Source: a virus
Taxonomy: Duplodnaviria; Heunggongvirae; Uroviricota; Caudoviricetes
Direction: 5' to 3' (one strand)
IMG/VR virus record: IMGVR_UViG_3300011399_000001
Span: 64,001 to 123,893 of that record
Length of the DNA: 59,893 nucleotides
Made by a program: the position numbers and the translations under genes. Below the pieces are notes generated by a model. That model was not told the origin of the DNA. It saw only the letters and a list, made by a program, of their open reading frames with translations, and made no database searches. Positions 17,070 to 26,004 of this stretch are shown here, piece by piece (the stretch's first letter is position 1; the number at the start of each line of letters is the position of its first letter).

Positions 17070-17358
17070 AATACTACTAAAATATTTTCCAGAAACTATC
17101 TATGATAATGATATAATATATTTTAAACATTTGGAAGCAATTATAGATTCTGTTGATGAATTATCTTCTTTACAGATAACGAAGTCAAACTATAGTCTAC
17201 TTTTCAGACTAGCGCCTTCTCTTCCTAAATATAACAATATGCTTATAAAAGAAATATTGAAACTACATAATTTATATAATATACATTTAGACATGAGTAA
17301 ATCAATAAAAACAAGTGCTACAATAAATTTCAAAATAAATTTGGAAGAGAATAAATAA
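17062..17358 (+). CDS. Hypothetical protein
   Basis: Track ORF overlapping the upstream stop. Confidence 0.6.
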   Translation: MCKILLKYFPETIYDNDIIYFKHLEAIIDSVDELSSLQITKSNYSLLFRLAPSLPKYNNMLIKEILKLHNLYNIHLDMSKSIKTSATINFKINLEENK

Positions 17359-17371
17359 TTTTGTATTTTTG
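17340..17371 (+). promoter_or_regulatory. Bacteroidota sigma70-type promoter
   Basis: TTTG (17340-43), 20 nt, TATTTTTG (17364-71). Confidence 0.7.
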
Positions 17372-17388
17372 TACCCTAAATCAATAAT

Positions 17389-17535
17389 ATGTTAACAAAG
17401 AAACAAATGGAAGATTTACCAAAAGGAACATATACAAATATGGAACTTATGGTTAAATTTCCTACACAAGGTAAAGGAAAATCCTTTTATGACCCTAAAA
17501 AATTAAAAGCTTTAAAAGCTGTTAAAACCAATTAA
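17389..17535 (+). CDS. Small hypothetical protein (48 aa)
   Basis: Read manually: MLTKKQMEDLPKGTYTNMELMVKFPTQGKGKSFYDPKKLKALKAVKTN; directly after the promoter. Confidence 0.5.
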   Translation: MLTKKQMEDLPKGTYTNMELMVKFPTQGKGKSFYDPKKLKALKAVKTN

Positions 17536-17536
17536 T

Positions 17537-17806
17537 ATGGAAGATGTTAAAAAACCTACAAAGTATGATCCTAATAAGAATTATAAGTGGACACCTACTA
17601 CACAATTTGTTCTTAATGGAGATGAGTTTGGTGCTACCATTAATGCTTTACGCAAAATAATGGCTTCCCCTGAAGCACAAGCAATACTTGCTGCTGAAAG
17701 AGCTCATTTTATGCTAGATGATGCACTGGCAAGAGCTGTTGAAAAAGACGATGCTATAGAATCAATACCAATAATACCCCCAACACCAAAAAAGGAGCCT
17801 AACTAG
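17537..17806 (+). CDS. Hypothetical protein
   Basis: Track ORF; last gene of the + module. Confidence 0.6.
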   Translation: MEDVKKPTKYDPNKNYKWTPTTQFVLNGDEFGATINALRKIMASPEAQAILAAERAHFMLDDALARAVEKDDAIESIPIIPPTPKKEPN

Positions 17807-17817
17807 CTCCTTTTTTT
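17788..17817. terminator. Bidirectional intrinsic terminator at the module convergence
   Basis: AAAAAAGGAGC-ctaacta-GCTCCTTTTTTT. Confidence 0.85.
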
Positions 17818-17825
17818 ATTGAATT

Positions 17826-18548
17826 TTATAAATGAATATAACTGGTATTGTTTAGAACTGACCCATTCAATTTTGCTCTAAAAGTACTATATTTAATATT
17901 TGCTGAGATATTTGCTTCAAGAACAGAATCGTAATAAATACCATTTTCTAAATTTAGGACAGGAGTTCTTATTCTTTCAAGTGTTTCTTGTTTATGCTTC
18001 TTTCCATAAAACCCATTCTTTTTACCTGTCATTTTATCTTTTAATGATTTTGATATTTTTTCTCTTGTTTCTTTAGAATGTCTTTTTCCATAAAATGGGT
18101 TTTTATCACCTCTAGAAGCATTCCCTATTTTATTTTTAGATTCTTCAGAATGATTCCATCCTTTTCTATTCATAGCTTTTCTTACATGTTCAGGTCTTGG
18201 TTTATCTTTATATTTATTTCTTAAATATTCTTTAGTTTTTTCTGAAACAATATGACCATGACCTCCGTCTCAACCATCTGTCATATTAGCTAAAATACCA
18301 GTCTTTTTGTCTATTCTTCCATATAATTTGATGAACTCTATTTCTTTTTGTAAAGCTTCTTCTGGTGTTAAATCATCTAAAACTATCTCTATTTCAAAAA
18401 GAGATTTGTTTATTATTCTATTCCAAATAATATTTCTACCATGTTTAAATTCTGATCTTTCATAGTTATCAAATTCTTCTAATCCTCCTACTCCTATATA
18501 AAAAGGTTCATTTTTATCATTTCTAATATGTCTGTAAAGATATGCCAT
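17826..18548 (-). pseudogene. GIY-YIG/NUMOD3 homing endonuclease interrupted by one in-frame TGA
   Basis: AYLYRHIRNDKNEPFYIGVG...NMTDG*DGG...HSEESKNKIG; the two track ORFs are in one frame, separated by TGA at 18270-72. Confidence 0.85.
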
Positions 18549-19294
18549 TATTTTTTAACAAAATCTTCTAACATTTTTTGGTAGTCTAAATCCCAATGTG
18601 GTTTTAATTCAACAATTCCCGTAGGTATAAATCCTTTTAAACGCAGATTCTCTACATGTAGAGAATGTCTTTGTATTATATTTGGTCTATCAGGAGTATC
18701 AAAAGATTGGCCCGACTGATGATAAACTCCTCCATTTTGAGGCATGTGCCATCTATAAAACCAACTAACCTCTGTATCAGGAGGATGAGCATTAACAATA
18801 TACTGAGACCCTAAATCATGTATTTTATTCCTAAGGATAGAATCACCACAAGCATTTATTTGTGGAGACTTACCGATAGCTTCCCAAGCCTTTTTACTAT
18901 GTACCATACCAGAATTCCCAACATAACACAATTTGGTTATTTTAGGAGTATTATAATATGCCCCATTTGCCCAATGGAGAATGTTAGTATCATCTTTCCA
19001 ATATTTTTTAATATTCTTCAAATGCCAAGGTAAGAATACATCATCGTCATCGGCAGTAGCAATAAGGTCTCCATTACATTTTTCAATAGTGAAGTTTTCT
19101 TTTTCTCCTATAAGTGAAAACGTTTCCTTTAAATTAAAAATTCTCACTTGAGGATGATCAAATATTAATGTCTGTAAAGGATAATCATTGACGATTACCA
19201 ACTCGGCATCATTTTCCTCTTGTAAGAGGAAGCTCTGTAAAGCTTCCTCTAAAAAAGCCACTCTACCATATGTCAAACATTTAAAACTAACCAT
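18548..19294 (-). CDS. Family 2 glycosyltransferase
   Basis: CLTYGRVAFLEEALQSFLLQ...VIVND...ADDDDVFLPWHL. Confidence 0.75.
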   Translation of the reverse strand: MVSFKCLTYGRVAFLEEALQSFLLQEENDAELVIVNDYPLQTLIFDHPQVRIFNLKETFSLIGEKENFTIEKCNGDLIATADDDDVFLPWHLKNIKKYWKDDTNILHWANGAYYNTPKITKLCYVGNSGMVHSKKAWEAIGKSPQINACGDSILRNKIHDLGSQYIVNAHPPDTEVSWFYRWHMPQNGGVYHQSGQSFDTPDRPNIIQRHSLHVENLRLKGFIPTGIVELKPHWDLDYQKMLEDFVKK

Positions 19295-19613
19295 TTTTCT
19301 TCTTTAATACTTCATCTAAATCAACTCCTACAAGTTTAGCAACTTGTTTAAGAAATTCCATTTTTTGATCTATTTCACAATCTTTTTCTCCATTTTTCTC
19401 ATCGTATTCTTTTGATTTTTTCAATAGTTCTCTAAGTAATTCAACCTCTCTTTTAAGGTCATCAAAATCCTTTTGTGTTGGTCCTGTAGAAGGAAATATA
19501 AAAGGAGATGGATTAGTCGTAGGAGCTGGAATATAAGGAGTTGGAGGAATAAATGGACCCCAAGGTTTCCATCTATCTCCAAAATAATCTCCGGTCATTG
19601 ATACTACACACAT
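19287..19613 (-). CDS. Hypothetical protein (Pro-rich middle, coiled-coil end)
   Basis: Track ORF in a coupled operon. Confidence 0.6.
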   Translation of the reverse strand: MCVVSMTGDYFGDRWKPWGPFIPPTPYIPAPTTNPSPFIFPSTGPTQKDFDDLKREVELLRELLKKSKEYDEKNGEKDCEIDQKMEFLKQVAKLVGVDLDEVLKKKNG

Positions 19614-19614
19614 A

Positions 19615-19917
19615 TTATAATTCGGTTAATTTCCTAAATCTTTTAGCATCCTCTTCCAGGAGATGGATTTCGCTTTGAAATGTATCATCTTGATTTTTAA
19701 ATCCTGTATGTTTTCCTTGTTTATTGAAAATAGGAACCTGTTGCTTTCTTGTGTGAATATCATTTAAAAGCACTACAAGGCCCTTTTTATCATCCTCTAC
19801 AGTCCTAATAACAAAATCAGGATTAAAAGAGTCTGTAAATTCATTAAATTTCTTTTCTTGCCCCTCTACTTGTACAGGAGCTTCTACTAAACGTTTGTAA
19901 AAAAATTGGTTTTTCAT
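19615..19917 (-). CDS. Hypothetical protein
   Basis: Track ORF in a coupled operon. Confidence 0.6.
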   Translation of the reverse strand: MKNQFFYKRLVEAPVQVEGQEKKFNEFTDSFNPDFVIRTVEDDKKGLVVLLNDIHTRKQQVPIFNKQGKHTGFKNQDDTFQSEIHLLEEDAKRFRKLTEL

Positions 19918-19921
19918 ATTT

Positions 19922-20140
19922 TTAATTTATTTTATAATTCCATTGTTTTGTACTCTTTTCTAAAAGAACTCCTTCTATAGGAAGCCAATCACGCTGGCAG
20001 ACATCATGAGTACCACCTGAATAATCTCCTTCTAATTCTATTTCAGTTTTTCTAATTCCTGTTATTTTCATTTTTTCTCTTCCTTGGTATATATCCTCAT
20101 GATATATTTCTCGGTCAATATATAGATTTTTATAAATCAT
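19922..20140 (-). CDS. Hypothetical protein
   Basis: Track ORF in a coupled operon. Confidence 0.55.
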   Translation of the reverse strand: MIYKNLYIDREIYHEDIYQGREKMKITGIRKTEIELEGDYSGGTHDVCQRDWLPIEGVLLEKSTKQWNYKIN

Positions 20141-20447
20141 ATTTAATTTTTAATTTTTCTCTTCTTTTGTTAATTTCTTCATAATAATACATATCTAATT
20201 CCACTTGATCATGTTCTTGCCATGTAAGGAGAATTATATTTTCTTCGTCCCATTCAGCTTCTGGATATTTCTTCTTAGGAAGAATATGATGGAAAAATAC
20301 AGTAAGTGCCTGCCATCCTAAATGTTCTCCAGAAACCTCAGAAAAATGCTTTCTTTTTCCCCAAATTGAGCCAAAAAACGTGTTTCTTTTACGAAGTTCT
20401 TCTTGTTGTTTAGCTATTTCTTCAGAAGATTTTTTCCTTCTTTTCAT
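20130..20447 (-). CDS. HNH/NinG-like small nuclease
   Basis: SEVSGEHL...FFHHILPKKKYPE...ENIILLT..EHDQ resembles a beta-beta-alpha-metal motif. Confidence 0.5.
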   Translation of the reverse strand: MKRRKKSSEEIAKQQEELRKRNTFFGSIWGKRKHFSEVSGEHLGWQALTVFFHHILPKKKYPEAEWDEENIILLTWQEHDQVELDMYYYEEINKRREKLKIKYDL

Positions 20448-20676
20448 TGAAGAACCATTTTAATCTTTGCCAAAATGATGGTTTTGCAGTTCCAATGTTA
20501 ACAAAAGCCGATCCATAATACATAATCCCATTAATTTTGATAAATTGAAATCCTGTATATTCTAGAGAATTTTTATGTGCTTCTTCTATCATATAAACAT
20601 CTTCAAATTCCCCAGGAAAATGATTTTTCATTTCGTCTGTAGCTTTAACTACATCTCCTTTTATATGTTTTCTCAT
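20422..20676 (-). CDS. Hypothetical protein
   Basis: Track ORF. Confidence 0.5.
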   Translation of the reverse strand: MRKHIKGDVVKATDEMKNHFPGEFEDVYMIEEAHKNSLEYTGFQFIKINGIMYYGSAFVNIGTAKPSFWQRLKWFFNEKKEKIF

Positions 20677-20864
20677 TTAATTAATTTAAAGGCTGCAAAG
20701 TTAGCAACTTCGTTATATTTTTCATAGAGAAAGTTAACTTTTTCTTTCCACTCATTATATTCCTTTGTTCTTTTATCTGGAATATTGCCCTCTAATTTGA
20801 ATATTTCGAGGGCAATAGCTCCAGCATTTTCCCATTCTTTGGTTTTTAGTTCTTCTAAGTCCAT
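20673..20864 (-). CDS. Hypothetical protein
   Basis: Track ORF. Confidence 0.55.
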   Translation of the reverse strand: MDLEELKTKEWENAGAIALEIFKLEGNIPDKRTKEYNEWKEKVNFLYEKYNEVANFAAFKLIK

Positions 20865-21226
20865 TATCTATTGTCTCCACTACCTTTTAATACACCTCTT
20901 TCTTTACGAGAATTGAGTTTTTCTACATTAGCATCTACAACATCTTGTAATGTGAATCCTAAATCATCAGCTAATGAAGTAATATACCATAGAGGATCAC
21001 CTAATTCTTTCAAAAGAGCAGCAGTATCGTATATTCCATTTAATTTTACTTGCTTTTCACCTTCCCCTATATCCCCTCTTAGGCTTTTTTTGATTTTTTC
21101 AGCAATCTCACCTGCTTCACCAGCAAGTCCTAATGCTGGATATATAACAGCATGTTTCTCAGGGTATACCTTCATGCTTTTTACAAATTCTGTATATTCG
21201 TTAAAATTTTCCATATTATTCTTCAA
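20864..21226 (-). CDS. mazG: MazG-like NTP pyrophosphohydrolase
   Basis: YPALGLAGEAGEIAEKIKK...KELGDPLWY...N.EKL.SR...G.L.GSGDNR. Confidence 0.9.
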   Translation of the reverse strand: MKNNMENFNEYTEFVKSMKVYPEKHAVIYPALGLAGEAGEIAEKIKKSLRGDIGEGEKQVKLNGIYDTAALLKELGDPLWYITSLADDLGFTLQDVVDANVEKLNSRKERGVLKGSGDNR

Positions 21227-22247
21227 TTGTTTCTTCTACAGGCAATTCTACCTGATTAATTTTTTCTACTATTTCTTTTTTTAAATCTTTAAAAACTGTG
21301 TATTTTGGATCAATTAACATGTTTTTAAATTCTTCTTCGGTATATTTTGTTACACCCCAGGTAATACTCTTACCCCATTTTTTGATGATTTCAAAATCAG
21401 AAGCAAGTTGCATAATTTCTCCTAATCTATCAATTCCCTTCCCATATACAACCTCAAATGTTGCAAGTCTATAAGGAGGTGACATTTTGTTTTTTGTGGC
21501 TTTAACTTTAGTTAAATTACCTACATTTACATCTCCCTCTTTTGTAAGGCTTCTGCTCACCTCAATTCTGCAATCAGAATAGAACTTTAAAGCATGACCT
21601 CCTTGTGTAGTTGTAGGATTTCCAAACATGACCCCTATTTTCTCTCTATATTGGGAGACTACTATTAAACATGTATTCTTCTCTGATAGAGCAGACTTAA
21701 GCTTTGGATAAGCATTACTATTCAAACGTGCCTTCTTTCCAATAGAACTCTCCCCTACATCTCCATCTAATACAGCTTTAGGAATTAAGGAGCTATCGCT
21801 GTCTACAATAATAAGGTCTACTTCACCGCTATTTATTAATTCCATAGCTATTTGGAAGCCCTCCTCTCCACATGAGGGTTGAGCAATTAGCATTTCTTCT
21901 GTATTCACTCCTAAGGCTTGAAAATACTTCTTATCGACAGCATGTTCTCCGTCAATATAAGCCACTTTCCCTCCATTCTTTTGACATTCAGCAGCAGCAT
22001 GTCCACATATAGTGGATTTACCAGTACCTTCCCAACCCATAAGTTCATACATTTTTCCCTTAACAAAGCCTCCAACACCTAGAGCAATATAATCAAAGCC
22101 TATACTACCACTACTGATGACATCATAATCACCTGTAGTTTTACTATCTAGGCTTAAAATGGTGCCAACACCATATTGCTTATTTAATTTGTCCAAAGCT
22201 TCTTGTAATTTTGATTTGCCCTCAGGCTCTTTTTCTTTTTTCGCCAT
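21216..22247 (-). CDS. recA: RecA-family recombinase
   Basis: Walker A GWEGTGKST, YIDGEHAVD, LIIVDS, SQYREKIGVMFGNPTTTQGGHALKFYSD. Confidence 0.97.
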   Translation of the reverse strand: MAKKEKEPEGKSKLQEALDKLNKQYGVGTILSLDSKTTGDYDVISSGSIGFDYIALGVGGFVKGKMYELMGWEGTGKSTICGHAAAECQKNGGKVAYIDGEHAVDKKYFQALGVNTEEMLIAQPSCGEEGFQIAMELINSGEVDLIIVDSDSSLIPKAVLDGDVGESSIGKKARLNSNAYPKLKSALSEKNTCLIVVSQYREKIGVMFGNPTTTQGGHALKFYSDCRIEVSRSLTKEGDVNVGNLTKVKATKNKMSPPYRLATFEVVYGKGIDRLGEIMQLASDFEIIKKWGKSITWGVTKYTEEEFKNMLIDPKYTVFKDLKKEIVEKINQVELPVEETIEE

Positions 22248-22261
22248 AATTTAATTTTTTA

Positions 22262-22293
22262 CAAATTTAATAAAAAAGCATGAGGAAAACAAA
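22262..22293 (-). promoter_or_regulatory. Bacteroidota-type promoter for recA
   Basis: Minus strand TTTG, 20 nt, TAAATTTG. Confidence 0.75.
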
Positions 22294-22305
22294 TTCCCCA
22301 TGCTT
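22272..22305 (-). terminator. Intrinsic terminator after the RNR gene
   Basis: Minus strand AAGCATGGGGAA-tttgtt-TTCCTCATGCTT, continuing into TTTTATT; 12-bp stem with one G-U. Confidence 0.8.
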
Positions 22306-22329
22306 AAAATTAAAAACAAAACAATTATT

Positions 22330-24078
22330 TTATACACCACAGGTTCCTCCATGATTTAATTCACATACATCAAAGAATTCTTCTTTGAATTCTTGTCCCT
22401 CTTGTTCTAAAGCTTCCTTATAATCAACTATTGTTAAAGGTTGACCTCCTCTACTACCATCAGGGTAGCAGGTAAAACCTCTCAATCTGACAGCATATTT
22501 ACCCAAAACATGAGCAAAATCCTCTACTTTAGAGTCATTGTTCAACGGAGTGCCCCATTTAGGTAGATTGATGGTACTGGAAATAGACATATCTACATAA
22601 TCCTGTACATCAGCCTGGAATTTAATACGCCTCTCATAGTCATTTGCAAGGCTTAAGGCAGTTTCAATTTTATAGGGGTCTATACCGCACTCTCTAATGA
22701 GAAGCTTTGCTGTACCGTCTATAACGTATTGATAATGCCATTCTTTCTGTCCTTTCAAATAACGCCTTTTATAGGCTACAGCAAATAAGGGCTCTATACC
22801 TGTTGTAGTTCCAGCCATTATTCCTATTGTACCCGTAGGAGCAATTGCTCTATAAGCAACAGGTTTATTTATCCCTAATTCCTCTGCAAGTTCATTTGCC
22901 CCAATTTCACTCTGGTCTCTATAAACAGCTAACCAATCATGTAATTCAGGCACTACTTCATATTTATAACCTCTTTGCAGGAGCCATTCATGCACCCCCA
23001 TAAGTCCCATTCCTAGTCTCCTATTCTTCTTCCTTACCTCATAAACCTTCTCATAAGGCAACATGGCCACCATAGTTCCACATAATAGAAACTTTCCTAG
23101 CAAATACACTACCCTCTCCATACGTTCAATAGAAGAGATTCTAGACATATTTACAGAGGCCAAATTACAAACATCACTATCGTCCTCTGAAGTAACCTCT
23201 GTACAGGCATTTCTAAGGGTTTCAAACACTTTCTCAAAGAAATTGAATGAAAAACCTGGTTCTCCTGTCTTTAAAGCTTGACGACAATTCTCTAAGAAAG
23301 TCATTGGAATTTTAGCTATTTCTAAATCAAATACAGCCTTTTTACCACCCTCCTTATACAAAGTCAACAGTTTTTCGAAAGGTATTCCATAAAGTTCCTC
23401 TAAAAACTCATTATCGTAATTTAATGAAACATTGGTCATATCCAAAGGAGCAGGGAAATTGAAGTCTTTTTCCTTCAAATCGGCAACTGTGAGTTGATTT
23501 CCTTCCTCATCATAAGCTCCTGCAACAGGAATAGCTGCCCAATCCTTACAATGTAAGAATTCTCCAGCATCTCCGTGTCTCCAATTTAAAGAGGCGTATA
23601 TAGCACTTCTCCTACTTCCTCCCTGCATCACTTCTCTGCCTATTTCATTAATCATTTTCATCTTAGAGACAGGTCCTGAAGATTGACCTCCAGTTTTAGA
23701 CAGCCTTTTTCCCTTTTCTCTATAAATGGAATAATCATTTCCAATACCTCCTCCTGTCATTAAGCAGCTTTCTGCTTTCCATGACAAATTAGCCCAATCT
23801 TCCCTACTATCTTCTAAACTCTTTAAAAGGTAGCAATTATTAAAAAACTTGTTTGTTCTCCCTGCATAATATAAATATCTCCCTCCAGCAATAATCTCCA
23901 TATTTGTATGCATTTCCACTAATTCCTCTATTTCTTCCTTTGGAATGTAATTTCTGCACACGTCCTCTATTAATGTTCTACTTAAAGCTCCCCAATCTTC
24001 GCAATTTTCATGCTTATATTTAAAATTGAAGATGTCTTCTGAGAATTTACTCCTGAAACTTGTTTTTACGTCCATCAT
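22330..24078 (-). CDS. nrdJ: Ribonucleotide reductase, class II (NrdJ-like)
   Basis: NNCY, TGEPG, RNACTE, CNLASVN, APTGTI, C-terminal Cys pair; no ATP cone and no beta subunit in the window. Confidence 0.8.
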   Translation of the reverse strand: MMDVKTSFRSKFSEDIFNFKYKHENCEDWGALSRTLIEDVCRNYIPKEEIEELVEMHTNMEIIAGGRYLYYAGRTNKFFNNCYLLKSLEDSREDWANLSWKAESCLMTGGGIGNDYSIYREKGKRLSKTGGQSSGPVSKMKMINEIGREVMQGGSRRSAIYASLNWRHGDAGEFLHCKDWAAIPVAGAYDEEGNQLTVADLKEKDFNFPAPLDMTNVSLNYDNEFLEELYGIPFEKLLTLYKEGGKKAVFDLEIAKIPMTFLENCRQALKTGEPGFSFNFFEKVFETLRNACTEVTSEDDSDVCNLASVNMSRISSIERMERVVYLLGKFLLCGTMVAMLPYEKVYEVRKKNRRLGMGLMGVHEWLLQRGYKYEVVPELHDWLAVYRDQSEIGANELAEELGINKPVAYRAIAPTGTIGIMAGTTTGIEPLFAVAYKRRYLKGQKEWHYQYVIDGTAKLLIRECGIDPYKIETALSLANDYERRIKFQADVQDYVDMSISSTINLPKWGTPLNNDSKVEDFAHVLGKYAVRLRGFTCYPDGSRGGQPLTIVDYKEALEQEGQEFKEEFFDVCELNHGGTCGV

Positions 24079-24106
24079 ATTGTATTAATTGTTAACGGTT
24101 ACTAAA

Positions 24107-24139
24107 TAGAAAAAGGAGGTAAAAGTACCACCTTTTCTA
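24107..24139 (-). terminator. Possible intrinsic terminator
   Basis: Imperfect stem AAAAGGTGGT-actttt-ACCTCCTTTT, followed by TCTATTT. Confidence 0.45.
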
Positions 24140-24173
24140 TAAATAACCAATTTATTTTCCTTAATTTTTCTAG

Positions 24174-24998
24174 TTATACTAATTCTTTTAGTGAATGAAT
24201 CCTTTTATGTCCAACTTCATATTTCTGATTGTGTGGAGCATCAAATAAGAAGCAACAAATACCAGCATTATTCAACTCCACAAAATTTTCATATCTGTCA
24301 TCTACAAATATATCAATTCCTGAATCTTTAGCAACTTCTACTTTAGAAGCTCCAAATGGAATACTATACACTTTCTTTGTAGGAAATCCGTTATTTTGAA
24401 GCCATCTTTCTGTCCATTCCACAGGAATACTCCTAGAGGTAATGTAACAATGTGGTTCAAAAGGTATTTCTCCTCCTTGAAATTTTGGTTTTAACGATAA
24501 ATAGAATTTCTCTGTTTTAATAGCTTCTTCTAAATGTTCTCCTGTTTTATAATGAGAATACCAATGTTTACATTCTTCGACACCAAACTTTTCACAATAA
24601 CCTCCTAAGAAATCACAAACTACATCATCTATATCAAGTCCTATTTTTGGTCTATTAAGGTATGGAAGTCTTCTATTATCAAATTCTGGCCTATGTTTAT
24701 AATAACTGACAATAGCCATTGCATTCCAAGCTACATGTGCCATGTGCAATAACGATGACTCCTTATCAAAATCATCCCCTTTCTTGAATTCTGCCAAATG
24801 TCTCTCTAAAGAAGCTATTACATCCATCCAAGGAAGTCCTTTCAACCAATTATTAGGAGCATATTTTTTACTCCCCATAGTGAATATTTTCACTAATTGT
24901 TCTATTGCATACGGTTCCAATAAATCGTAACGAAGTTTTCCATCGTTAAAACGTTGCCCTTGTTCTTTTGGTTTATACGCTTGTTCTTGTAAATTCAT
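24174..24998 (-). CDS. dATP/dGTP diphosphohydrolase (DUF5664-like) fused to HAD 5'-nucleotidase-like domain
   Basis: GQRFNDGKLRYDLL...GSKKYAPNNW.KG...SL.RHL...D.ES.LLH.AH.AWNA; then KIGLDIDDV and IFVDDRYEN HAD motifs. Confidence 0.85.
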   Translation of the reverse strand: MNLQEQAYKPKEQGQRFNDGKLRYDLLEPYAIEQLVKIFTMGSKKYAPNNWLKGLPWMDVIASLERHLAEFKKGDDFDKESSLLHMAHVAWNAMAIVSYYKHRPEFDNRRLPYLNRPKIGLDIDDVVCDFLGGYCEKFGVEECKHWYSHYKTGEHLEEAIKTEKFYLSLKPKFQGGEIPFEPHCYITSRSIPVEWTERWLQNNGFPTKKVYSIPFGASKVEVAKDSGIDIFVDDRYENFVELNNAGICCFLFDAPHNQKYEVGHKRIHSLKELV

Positions 24999-25684
24999 AA
25001 ATTTAATGCTTTTGATGTCATAGGAAATTGCTCTTTAAATATACCTTCAATCAATACAGCTACATCCCTATGCTCTTTTTGAGCATGTGTAGAAGTACGT
25101 TGTTCTAAATAATGTATCCAACTTCTAACAGAGCCATTTAAATACAAAGTTGTGCTTGTAGCCATAGGAAGTAGCATTCTAGCACATTCTTTAGCTACAC
25201 CTGCTTTTAGAAGCTCTTTATAAACATCTTCAATTATTAAAACTACTCTATTTACCATTTCACTAGCTTTTATTGGTAATCCTTCGGATAATCCGTAATT
25301 ATCATTAATTATTGGATCAAACACCTCATCTCCTACCTGTCTATTTGTAGCTCCTTGTTTTCTAAGTTCAATTGGTTCAATATCCACTACTTCAGCATAT
25401 CTTTGTGAAAATTCTTGTGGTTTGATACTCCAATGACGAAGAATTTGTATTCCTACAGCTTTAGAAGTGATTACTTCGATTCCCATGTTAACTTGATCAA
25501 AAATTGACCAATGTTTATTCTTGATACAATAATTTATCAATTTATCTGCTGTATCTACATTTAATTGATTGTTAGGATTGCTAACTCTTGCACAAAAGAC
25601 AATTAATTCTTCTGCTGTCAAAAATCTGCTACCATCTTCGGTTTTAATTTCCGGTTTTGTAATTGAAACTAATTTTACATTCAT
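24995..25684 (-). CDS. thyX: FAD-dependent thymidylate synthase
   Basis: HWSIFDQ, QILRHWS...QEFSQRY, ECARMLLP, SW.HY..QR...AQKEHR. Confidence 0.92.
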   Translation of the reverse strand: MNVKLVSITKPEIKTEDGSRFLTAEELIVFCARVSNPNNQLNVDTADKLINYCIKNKHWSIFDQVNMGIEVITSKAVGIQILRHWSIKPQEFSQRYAEVVDIEPIELRKQGATNRQVGDEVFDPIINDNYGLSEGLPIKASEMVNRVVLIIEDVYKELLKAGVAKECARMLLPMATSTTLYLNGSVRSWIHYLEQRTSTHAQKEHRDVAVLIEGIFKEQFPMTSKALNL

Positions 25685-26004
25685 ATATGTCCTATATATT
25701 TATTTTCTTCATAAAAACCTCTAAATTTATTCAATTTAGCATCAATTCTATTCTCGACAGCCTCAGGTCCCATTAGTTTCTTTAAAACGTTAATTCTTAT
25801 TTGAACATCTCCTATTTCGTCAATAACATCTTGTGCTGTAGCTCCATGATCACCTTTGAGTTTTCTTTTCATTAAAGCTTCTATAAGCTCTGAAAGTTCC
25901 TCTATAGCCTTATCAATATTATATTCAATAGAATTAGTTACCACCATTTTATTGATTATCTCTTCATTTGGAGACATTTGTATTACCATCCAATTTTCAC
26001 TCAT
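25681..26004 (-). CDS. Second MazG-like all-alpha NTP pyrophosphatase
   Basis: KAIEELSELIEAL.K...IDEIGDV. Confidence 0.7.
   Translation of the reverse strand: MSENWMVIQMSPNEEIINKMVVTNSIEYNIDKAIEELSELIEALMKRKLKGDHGATAQDVIDEIGDVQIRINVLKKLMGPEAVENRIDAKLNKFRGFYEENKYIGHI

Noticed and set aside
22330-24078. Intron or intein in RNR (also considered for PolB and RecA)
   Set aside because: Lengths and motif spacing are continuous; the HEGs are all intergenic.
24174-24998. 2-aminoadenine (Z) or deazaguanine genome
   Set aside because: Only the DUF5664-like domain is present; no PurZ, Que or DpdA gene is recognisable in this window. Left as an open check, not a call.
25426-25440. ThyX signature RHW instead of RHR
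   Set aside because: A single substitution with the remaining motif (SQRY, ARMLLP) intact; insufficient evidence for altered function.
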